NCBI GenBank assembly: GCA_038245905.1
Contig: JBBRRY010000024.1
Coordinates: 1 to 61,060, forward strand
Reading direction: 5' to 3'
Source of the DNA: Thermoanaerobaculia bacterium
Lineage (GTDB): Bacteria; Acidobacteriota; Thermoanaerobaculia; UBA5066
Length of the DNA stretch: 61,060 nt
Shown here: positions 19,586 through 27,545 of the stretch, piece after piece
Position numbering within the stretch: position 1 is the stretch's first letter
Layout of the letters: every line of letters starts with the position of its first letter
The notes under the pieces: generated by a model
Told to the model about the DNA's origin: nothing
The model's database searches: none
What the model saw: only the letters and a program-made list of their open reading frames with translations
Program-made: the position numbers and the translations under genes

Positions 19586-22173
19586 CGCTCGCCGCTGGGA
19601 CCCGCCTCGGGAACTACGAGATCGTCGCGCAGATCGGCGCGGGGGGGATGGGCGAGGTCTACAAGGCCCGCGACCCCAAGCTCGACCGGTTTGTGGCGAT
19701 AAAGGTGCTTCCTCCGTCGCTCGCCGAGAGTCCGGACCTCCTCACCCGGTTCGAGCGCGAGGCGAAGGCCGTCGCTGCCCTGAACCACCCGAACATTCTC
19801 GGCATCTACGACTTTGCGAAGTCGGGCGAGCACACCTTCGCCGTGATGGAGCTTCTGGAGGGCGAATCGCTCCGCGACCGACTGAGAGCCGGAGCCCTCC
19901 CGCCGAAGAAGGCCGTCGAGCTGGGCGTGCAGCTGGCCGATGGTCTCGCTGCCGCACACGTCCGGGGCATCGTCCACAGGGACGTGAAGCCCGAGAACAT
20001 CTTCCTGGGCCGCGACGGCCGCGTGAAGATCCTCGACTTTGGCCTCGCCAAGCAGCTTCCGAAGTGGACCGGGCAGAGTGGCCCGCACACGAACCTGCCG
20101 ACCGAGGTGCCGTCCGCGGCCCACACGGAAGCCGGCGTCGTGATGGGCACCGTCGGCTACATGAGCCCTGAGCAGGTGAGAGGCGAACCCGCGGATCACC
20201 GAAGCGACGTTTTCAGCTTCGGGGCCGTCCTGTACGAGATGCTGTGCGGACAGAAGGCGTTCAGCCGCGCCTCGGGAGTCGAGACGATGAACGCCATTCT
20301 CCACGACGATCCCGCGGCGCTCGTGGTCACGAAGGGGCAGATGCCGCCCGCGCTGGAGCGCCTCGTCCTGCACTGCCTCGAGAAGTCACCGGAGACCCGC
20401 TTCCAGTCCATGAAGGACGTCGCGTACGACCTGCAGGCGATCTCGACGATCTCCACGGTGGACGGGGGAAAGCACGCGGCTCGCGCCGGGGGCGATCGAT
20501 GGAGGTGGCTTACCTTCGGCACCGCCGCCGCGCTCGTCGCGGGTCTCGTCGCGTGGTTCACGGGAGCCTTACAGGTGGGCCGTCACGCGCAGCCGGCGTT
20601 CCGGCAGGTCTCGTTCCGGCAGGGCAGGATCGGGGGTGCGCGATTCGCGCCCGGCGGGCAGGACGTGATTTACGACGCGAGCTGGCAGGGGGAGCCCTGG
20701 CAACTGTTCTCCTCTCCCATCGTCGATCCCAAGGAGCGGCCTCTCGGCCAGACCGACGTCCAGCTCCTCGACGTGTCACCCACTGGAGAGCTGGCCGTCC
20801 GGTTGAAGAGCAAGGTCGCGGACACTTGGCAATTCGAGGGCACGCTGGCCCGCTCCGCGCTGGGCGGGGACCTCGCACCGAAACCCATCCTCGGGGGAGT
20901 ACTTCAATCCGCGTGGGCGCCCAAGAGCCAGCTCGCCCTCGTGCGGCAGACGGGCGGCCGCTCGTTTCTCGAGTTCCCGCAGGGGCAGGTGCGCGTCGAA
21001 TCCGCCGGCTGGTTCGGCGACCTGCGATTCTCGGCGGACGGAACGCAGCTCGCCTACGTCGACCATCCGACCGCCGGAGACGACGCCGGCCGGGTCGCGG
21101 TCCTGGACGTCGCGACGGGGAAAACCCGGGTTCTCTCGAAGGCACACGACACTCTTCGCGGGCTCGCCTGGAGAGGCAAGGAAATCTGGTTCACCTCCGG
21201 AACCAACATGCTCAATCGCGGCCTCTCCGCCGTGGACCTCTCGGGCCGGGAGCGCGGAGTCTTCAGTCAGGCCGGCGGTCTGTACGTCCACGACGTCGCG
21301 CCCGACGGCCGCGTCCTCCTGAGCCGCGAGGAAATGCGGGGCGGGCTGCTCGCGCAAGTCGAAGGGCAGGTCCAGCCGATGGACCTTTCATGGCGAACGT
21401 GGAGCTTTCTCCTGGATTGCTCGGCCGACGGACGGATGCTGCTCTTCGAGGAGGAGGAGGGAGATCCGGGCGGCCCGGACCTGTTCCTGCGCCCGGCGGC
21501 GGGCGGTCACGCGACGCCGCTCGGGAAGAGCGACGGATTCGGCGCCCTCTCTCCAGACGGCACGCTCGCGGTGGCCTGGCTCGAGAAGCCGAAGCCCCAC
21601 TGGGTGCTCTACCCCGCGGGGACGGGCAGCCCGCGTGAGCTTCCGCTCGGCGAGATTCGGTCGATCAAGTCCGTCACCTTCCGGAAGGACGGCAAGAGCC
21701 TCATTTTCATCGGCACGGGCGGAGAGAAGGAGGACCGCGTCTGGGTGCAGGGTCTCGACGGCAGCGCTCCGAAGCCCATCACGCCGGAAGGCATCACGGG
21801 GCTCGACACGTGGCCGTTTCTGAGTCCGGACGGGCGAAGCTTCCTGGCCCGGGAGAAGGCGGGTTGGGGAATTTTCGATCTCGAGCACCCGGAGGCGCCG
21901 GCCCGTCGCGTCATGGGCCTCGAAGAAGGCGAGAGGCTGACGCAGTGGTGCCCGGACGGCCGTTTCTACGTGTCGAGGCCGGGCAGCTTTCCGATCGACG
22001 TCGCGAAGCTCGACCCGGCGACGGGGAAGCGCCAGCCGTGGAAGACGATCAGCCCCGCCGGCTACGTTGGAGTCGAAGGCTCGACGATCCGGTTCAGTGA
22101 GGACGGCCGCCGCATGGCCGCGCGCTACATCCTCCAGCGCAGCACGCTATACGTCGTCGAAGGGCTGCGGTAG
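19582..22173 (+). CDS. Ser/Thr protein kinase K3 (kinase - TM - PD40 propeller)
   Basis: ATG 19582 overlaps the DUF885 stop; GAGGMGEV, HRDVKPEN, DFG; TM WLTFGTAAALVAGLVAWF. Confidence 0.92.
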   Translation: MTLAAGTRLGNYEIVAQIGAGGMGEVYKARDPKLDRFVAIKVLPPSLAESPDLLTRFEREAKAVAALNHPNILGIYDFAKSGEHTFAVMELLEGESLRDRLRAGALPPKKAVELGVQLADGLAAAHVRGIVHRDVKPENIFLGRDGRVKILDFGLAKQLPKWTGQSGPHTNLPTEVPSAAHTEAGVVMGTVGYMSPEQVRGEPADHRSDVFSFGAVLYEMLCGQKAFSRASGVETMNAILHDDPAALVVTKGQMPPALERLVLHCLEKSPETRFQSMKDVAYDLQAISTISTVDGGKHAARAGGDRWRWLTFGTAAALVAGLVAWFTGALQVGRHAQPAFRQVSFRQGRIGGARFAPGGQDVIYDASWQGEPWQLFSSPIVDPKERPLGQTDVQLLDVSPTGELAVRLKSKVADTWQFEGTLARSALGGDLAPKPILGGVLQSAWAPKSQLALVRQTGGRSFLEFPQGQVRVESAGWFGDLRFSADGTQLAYVDHPTAGDDAGRVAVLDVATGKTRVLSKAHDTLRGLAWRGKEIWFTSGTNMLNRGLSAVDLSGRERGVFSQAGGLYVHDVAPDGRVLLSREEMRGGLLAQVEGQVQPMDLSWRTWSFLLDCSADGRMLLFEEEEGDPGGPDLFLRPAAGGHATPLGKSDGFGALSPDGTLAVAWLEKPKPHWVLYPAGTGSPRELPLGEIRSIKSVTFRKDGKSLIFIGTGGEKEDRVWVQGLDGSAPKPITPEGITGLDTWPFLSPDGRSFLAREKAGWGIFDLEHPEAPARRVMGLEEGERLTQWCPDGRFYVSRPGSFPIDVAKLDPATGKRQPWKTISPAGYVGVEGSTIRFSEDGRRMAARYILQRSTLYVVEGLR

Positions 22174-22176
22174 CCC

Positions 22177-23310
22177 TCAGGCCGCACGCACGGGCGCCGG
22201 CACGATTCCCGGAAGCGCAGCGAGGAACGCGGCGACCTCGTCTCGCTTCCCGACCGTGACGCGTAGCCAGTTCGGCAGCGACGGGAACTTCCGCCCAACG
22301 AGGATCTTCTTCGCGCGGAACGCCTGGATCACGGGCGTGACGTCGCCGCCGACGTCCATCATCACGAAGTTTGCTTCCGAGGGCATCGTCCGGAAACCCT
22401 GCTTCGTCAGCTCCCCGACCAGCCACTTCCTCGTGTCGTTCAGGAGCTTCCTCTGGCGCGGGACGAGGTCAGGGTCCGCGAGGCTCGCGACCGCGGCCGC
22501 GAGGACGGACGCGTTCGTGTTCGACCACGAGGCGTACGGGGCCATCGCGGCGATCGTCTCCTTAGAGCCGACGGCGTAGCCGAGTCTCAGGCCGGCCATC
22601 CCGTAGATCTTCGAGAACGTGCGCGCCACGACGACGTTCGGGTGCTTTGCGATCAGCTCGAGGCTGGAACGGTAGCGCGGGTCCTCGACGAAGTGGTGGT
22701 ACGCCTCGTCCACGAGGATCGTCGCGGTTGCCGGAACCTGCGCTGCGAGGCCGGCCATCTCGTCGCCCGTGACGATCGTGGCCGTCGGGTTGTTCGGGTT
22801 GCAGACGTAGACGAGGCCCGTCGTCGCGTCACAGGCCGCGGCCATCTTCGGGAGGTCGTGCCGGAAGTCGGCCGTGAGCGGTACCTTGGTCCCGTCGGCG
22901 CGGACCACCTTCGCGTACGCGAGGACTGCCTCGAACGTGGGCTCGGCGGCGACGACTTTCTTCGTGGGCCCGCTGAACGCCTCGTCGGCCATCTGGAGGA
23001 TCTCGGACGAGCCGCATCCGAGGAGAACCTGCTCGGCGCCGACGTCGTGGTGCTTCGCGATCGCCTCGCGAGCTTCCTCTTCGAGCGCGTCGGGGTAACG
23101 ATTCGCGGCCGCGTGCGCCGCCGCCTCGAGCGCCCTCGGCGGCGGCCCGTAGGGATTCTCGTTCGAGCTGAGGATGACCGCGTCGGCCGGGCGCGCGCGT
23201 TTCGTCGCGGCCTCCGCGGCTCGGCGCACAAGAGGGGAGTCGAGAAGTACAACGCCGGCGGTGACACCGAGGGTTCCGGCAAAAGCGCGGCGAGACATCG
23301 GGAGCGGCAT
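22177..23310 (-). CDS. HisC-family PLP aminotransferase with Tat signal peptide
   Basis: GGAGG SD, ATG 23310; SRRAF twin-arginine motif; NENPYG, CNPNNPT, DEAY, RTFSKIYGMAGLRLGY. Confidence 0.88.
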   Translation of the reverse strand: MPLPMSRRAFAGTLGVTAGVVLLDSPLVRRAAEAATKRARPADAVILSSNENPYGPPPRALEAAAHAAANRYPDALEEEAREAIAKHHDVGAEQVLLGCGSSEILQMADEAFSGPTKKVVAAEPTFEAVLAYAKVVRADGTKVPLTADFRHDLPKMAAACDATTGLVYVCNPNNPTATIVTGDEMAGLAAQVPATATILVDEAYHHFVEDPRYRSSLELIAKHPNVVVARTFSKIYGMAGLRLGYAVGSKETIAAMAPYASWSNTNASVLAAAVASLADPDLVPRQRKLLNDTRKWLVGELTKQGFRTMPSEANFVMMDVGGDVTPVIQAFRAKKILVGRKFPSLPNWLRVTVGKRDEVAAFLAALPGIVPAPVRAA

Positions 23311-23399
23311 GGCGGCCTCCTCGTCTTCCCGATCATCTCGCACTCGGCGCCGCCCCCGTGCATGCGACTCGTTCACGGATAGAATCCATGCGATTCCCC

Positions 23400-23825
23400 A
23401 TGAGTCCCATCACGCTCGCCCTCTTCGAGGCAAGTCTGAAGCGCTGCGAGGCGCGACAGGACTTCTTCGACGTGTTCTACGGGAACTTCCTCGCCTCTTC
23501 CCCGGAGGTGGCCGAGAAGTTCGCGGGGACCGACTTTGGCCGCCAGAAAGAGTTGCTCCGTACGTCGCTCCACCACCTCCTCCTCGTCGCGCGGGATCCC
23601 AAACAAGGGCCGGACCCGTACCTCGAGGAGGTGGCCGTCCGCCACGGAGCCGGCGGTCTCGCGATCGGCGCCCACCTGTACGATCTGTGGCTGGACAGCC
23701 TGCTCGAGACCGTGCGCGCGTGCGATCCCGAGTCCGTCCCGGAGGTGGAGGCCGCCTGGGAGGACGTCATGATGGTGGGAATTCACTACCTTTGCGCGAA
23801 CTACGAGAGGCATCCGCACCGTTGA
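23400..23825 (+). CDS. single-domain globin
   Basis: Globin pattern FY..F...SPEV..KF..TDF..QK, proximal His (VRHG), LYDLW; -10 TAGAAT at 23380-23385. Start 23400 or 23388. Confidence 0.8.
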   Translation: MSPITLALFEASLKRCEARQDFFDVFYGNFLASSPEVAEKFAGTDFGRQKELLRTSLHHLLLVARDPKQGPDPYLEEVAVRHGAGGLAIGAHLYDLWLDSLLETVRACDPESVPEVEAAWEDVMMVGIHYLCANYERHPHR

Positions 23826-23872
23826 CCTGTCGCGCTTTGCGGCCGACGGTGAGATGCGGACCTGAAGAACCC

Positions 23873-24886
23873 ATGATGCCGAATCGGGAGACGCCCGAGG
23901 GCGGGCCGGCAACGCCCGCCGGGGAAGCGCCGCGCGGCCGCAGGAAATGGGTCACGCACGGGCTGTCGAACCGTGTCGTGTACAGGGGTCTTCACTACGG
24001 CGCTCGCTGGCTGCCTCTCGCCGTCCTCCATGGCATCTCGTTTGTCCTGAACAGCCTCGCCGTGATTCTCATGAGCGAAACGCTCGGGGCCATCCGCGAG
24101 AACTTCCGTCTCGCGCTTGGCGTTCCGGAGCGGGAGGCGCGACACCTCGCGCGCCTCCTCTTCTTCGAATACGGCCGCTCGGTGATCGACGTGTGGCGGA
24201 CCAGGAGCGAAGCCTTCGTCCCGAAAATCACTTCGTTCGACGCGGATCGCACCATTCTGGCCGAGATCCGGAGCAACGGCCGCGGATTCCTTCTCGTGAC
24301 GGGGCACGTCGGCAACTGGGAGATGGGCGCCGTGACGCTGCGCGGCCACGCGCTGACGCCGGCGGTTGTCGGACAGCCGGAGCTCGACCCGGATGTCGAG
24401 TCGATGCGCCTGAACCTGAGGACGAGCCTCGGCGTCGAGTCGATCGACATCGGCTCGTCCATGGCCACGGCGTTCCGGGTGCGCGCGGCGGTCGAGGCAG
24501 GGCGGGCGGTCGCGCTGCTCGTCGACCGCGCCTATCCGGAGGACCAGGTCGTCGTCTCCTACTTTGGCCGCCCCACGCCTTTCCTTCGCTCGCCGGCCCT
24601 CCTCGCCCGTTTCTGCAAGTGCGAGATCCTCCCCGGCTTCTTCCTGCGCAGCCCCGACGGCTCGTACTTCAACGTCTGGGGCACGCCGCTTGCCGCCGAC
24701 GAGTCGCTCTCTCCCGAAGAGGACGCGCGCCGCATCATGAGCCGCGTGGCCGCCGATCTGGAAGCCGTCGTGCGTGCGCACCCGACGCAGTGGTTCAATT
24801 TCTACCGGTTCTGGGAGGACAGGAGCGCGTCGGGTGGAGCGGCGGGGGCCCGGCCGGAGTCCGACGTGCGCGTCCACGCGCCGTAG
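23873..24886 (+). CDS. LpxL/HtrB-family (lysophospholipid) acyltransferase
   Basis: TGHVGNWE (HxxxxE), ALLVDR, YFGRP, HPTQWFNF. Confidence 0.85.
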   Translation: MMPNRETPEGGPATPAGEAPRGRRKWVTHGLSNRVVYRGLHYGARWLPLAVLHGISFVLNSLAVILMSETLGAIRENFRLALGVPEREARHLARLLFFEYGRSVIDVWRTRSEAFVPKITSFDADRTILAEIRSNGRGFLLVTGHVGNWEMGAVTLRGHALTPAVVGQPELDPDVESMRLNLRTSLGVESIDIGSSMATAFRVRAAVEAGRAVALLVDRAYPEDQVVVSYFGRPTPFLRSPALLARFCKCEILPGFFLRSPDGSYFNVWGTPLAADESLSPEEDARRIMSRVAADLEAVVRAHPTQWFNFYRFWEDRSASGGAAGARPESDVRVHAP

Positions 24887-26109
24887 ACCCAGCTTCCGCA
24901 GCACCTGCTGCAGATGGGAAGCGGCTCTCTCGCGAGCTTTTCGCGGAATCGGCCGGCGCGCTCCCCGGTCCAGATCTCCCGGAACGACGTCTTCCGAACG
25001 TTGCCGATGAAGTAATCGGGAAAATCCCCGCAGAAGCAGACCTGGCCGTCGGGCTCGATCTGAGCGAAATACCAGGCCACGGGGCATAGGTCGTGTCCGA
25101 ATGTCCGGCCGGCGTCGGCGAAGTAGTCGGGCACGCTTGCCGCCGGCAAATTGGGCACGAAAGAGATCCAGGGGCGGCCCCGGGCGGAGTCGAGAAAGCG
25201 CCGGCGGCGGAGGCCCGTGAGGAGCTTCACGAGCTCGGTCAGTTGGCGTCCCTTCGTGACCGCGAAGTCCGGGCCGTCGAACTCGAATCCCTTCCAGGAG
25301 CTGCCCGAGACGCCGAAGGTTTCGGACATCACCTTCTCGTACTGTGCGCCGGTGTCCTTCGACACGAACCAGCGGAGCCCGATGTTGACCGTGTCGAGCG
25401 GAAGCTCTCGGAGGGCGTCGAGTGCCGGTGCGATGTCTTCCAGGTTGAGCTCGGTGATCGGCAGGATGGCGAGGAGCATCGGCGCGGCGGACCCGCGCTC
25501 GTCGCGGGCGCGGGCCACGGCCCGGATGCCGGCTGCCGCGCGTGCGAAGCTGCCGGCCTGTCCCCGGATCCGATCGTGAACGTCGGGCTCGCCGTCGATC
25601 GAGACCATGATCGAGTCCACGCCGGCCTCGACGAGCTCGCGGGCCATCTCCTCGAGCCGCCAGCCGTTCGTGATCATCGAGCACGTCAAACCGCGCGCCT
25701 TCACTTCGCGGATGAGCGGCAGGATATCGGGGTAAAGCAGCGGTTCGCCGCCGAAGAGGCTGATGATGGGCCGCGACGGCGCGAGCTCGTCGAGGAGGCG
25801 GACGTAGTCAGAGAGCGCCATCTGACGGTTCAGCCCGATCAGCTCGCGAATCCGGCTCTTCTCCCTCTCACCGTCCGAGGCCGATGCCTCGGCGCCCGCG
25901 CGGAAGATCCCCGTGTCTCCCCACTGTCCGCACATCTTGCAGCGGAGGTTGCAGAGGTTCGTGACGCGGAGCTGCACGAACGTCGGCATCGGCAGGTTCC
26001 CGGGGCTGGGTGCGGAAAGGTGCTCCATCACCTCGCGGCGCCCTCGAGCCATGCGGCCAAGATGACGACGCGCGAAACCCGCGAGCTTCAGACCGCGCTC
26101 GAAGCTCAT
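24802..26109 (-). CDS. radical SAM / SPASM-Twitch domain protein
   Basis: CNLRCKMC, GGEPLL, SIDG, C-terminal CPVAW...DGQVCFC...IGNV...EIW...CSRCC; ATG 26109 overlaps the upstream stop. Confidence 0.9.
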   Translation of the reverse strand: MSFERGLKLAGFARRHLGRMARGRREVMEHLSAPSPGNLPMPTFVQLRVTNLCNLRCKMCGQWGDTGIFRAGAEASASDGEREKSRIRELIGLNRQMALSDYVRLLDELAPSRPIISLFGGEPLLYPDILPLIREVKARGLTCSMITNGWRLEEMARELVEAGVDSIMVSIDGEPDVHDRIRGQAGSFARAAAGIRAVARARDERGSAAPMLLAILPITELNLEDIAPALDALRELPLDTVNIGLRWFVSKDTGAQYEKVMSETFGVSGSSWKGFEFDGPDFAVTKGRQLTELVKLLTGLRRRRFLDSARGRPWISFVPNLPAASVPDYFADAGRTFGHDLCPVAWYFAQIEPDGQVCFCGDFPDYFIGNVRKTSFREIWTGERAGRFREKLAREPLPICSRCCGSWVYGAWTRTSDSGRAPAAPPDALLSSQNR

Positions 26110-27461
26110 GGCACGTCTTTCGGCTCGAGAATTCCCGTCGCCCGCTCGAACGCGCCGCGACCCCGGAACGCCTGCTGCACCCTTATGAGGGCGGTCGAGA
26201 CGTGAAAGGCGAAGATCCAGAAGCGCGCCTTGAGGGTGGGACGGAAGACGCCGCCGCCGAGCACCGTCGTGACGCCGCGCTCTATCCACGGGTTTGGAGC
26301 CTGCGTGTAGAACGTCTCGAGGACGTGCGGCTCGTAGAAGCCGTGGACGAAGCGCTCGAATCGCCGGATCGCGCGGTGGTACGTCCTCTCGAACCGGCGG
26401 AAGTCGCTCGCGTCCACGCGCCCCTTCGCGCGGAGCGCCCGCGAGGCGGCGGCCGCCGCGAGCTCGGCGGACGCCATTGCGAGAAGAACGCCCGTCGAGA
26501 AGACAGGGTCGAGGAAGCCGGCCGCGTCACCCACGAGGCAGAAGCCGTCTCCGACGATGCGCGGCGTTCTGTATGAGTAGTCCGCGATGGCCTGCACCTC
26601 GTTCGTGCGTTTCGAGCCCGCCAGGAGCTCGCGCACCTCCGGCGCCGCCAGGACCGACTCCTCGAAGAGCTGCTCCACGGTGCCCTGCCGCTCCTTGAAC
26701 CGGCGCGAGGGCATCACGATTCCGACCGAGACGGAGCCGTCGGAGAACGGAATCAGCCACCACCAGCCGTCCGGCGTCGTGACGATGACGATGTCTCCGG
26801 CGGTGGGCCCCTCCGCGCGCCGGAACGTGTCGAAGTGGGCAAACGCCGCCGAGCGGTCGAGAAGGGGGTCGCGCTTGCGTCCGCCGAGGCGACGGGAGAG
26901 GAGCGCGTCGCGGCCGGTCGCGTCCACGACGAGCTTCGCAAACAAGGTGCGCGGCTCGCTTTCCCCCTTCAGCAGAACCTTCACGCCCCGGGCCCTCTTG
27001 CCGTCCTCCGTAAAAAGCACTTCTGTCACGCGCGCTTCCTCGAAGACGGTCGCTCCGGACTCCCGCGCGTGGTCGAGGAGGAGAGCGTCGAACTCGGCCC
27101 GCTTCACCTGAAACGAGCTCGGGTGGTCGCTGTCGACGCCGTTCACGAACAATACCGGGCGCGTGAAGGACGTCCCCTGATGGTAGAAGCGCGCCCCGAA
27201 CTTCACCTGGTGCCCCGCCGCCCTAAGCTTCGAAAGAACCCCGATGCGCTCGAAGAGCGGCACGTTCCAGGGGAGAAGCGACTCGCCGATATGGAAGCGC
27301 GGGAACTTCTCGCGTTCGAAGAGCAGCGTGCGATGGCCCGCTCGCGCCATCAGCGTCGCGAAAGTGGAGCCCCCGGGTCCGCCGCCGCAGACGACCGCGT
27401 CGATCTCGGCGGGGAAGGCCCCGGAGCTCGCAGTCTCTTCCCCTCGATCCTTCGCCGACAC
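26106..27461 (-). CDS. flavin-dependent halogenase-family oxidoreductase
   Basis: GGGPGG, FPRFHIGESL, VKFGA, RAEFD, WWWLIP, GDAAGFLDPVFSTG; probable GTG start at 27461. Confidence 0.82.
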   Translation of the reverse strand: MSAKDRGEETASSGAFPAEIDAVVCGGGPGGSTFATLMARAGHRTLLFEREKFPRFHIGESLLPWNVPLFERIGVLSKLRAAGHQVKFGARFYHQGTSFTRPVLFVNGVDSDHPSSFQVKRAEFDALLLDHARESGATVFEEARVTEVLFTEDGKRARGVKVLLKGESEPRTLFAKLVVDATGRDALLSRRLGGRKRDPLLDRSAAFAHFDTFRRAEGPTAGDIVIVTTPDGWWWLIPFSDGSVSVGIVMPSRRFKERQGTVEQLFEESVLAAPEVRELLAGSKRTNEVQAIADYSYRTPRIVGDGFCLVGDAAGFLDPVFSTGVLLAMASAELAAAAASRALRAKGRVDASDFRRFERTYHRAIRRFERFVHGFYEPHVLETFYTQAPNPWIERGVTTVLGGGVFRPTLKARFWIFAFHVSTALIRVQQAFRGRGAFERATGILEPKDVP

Positions 27462-27545
27462 GCCCGCAATTATCCACGGGAAGGCACGCGGAGCCTCGGA
27501 GCGATGACATGCGGGTTCGCGACGTAGAATTGCGGCACAAACTCT

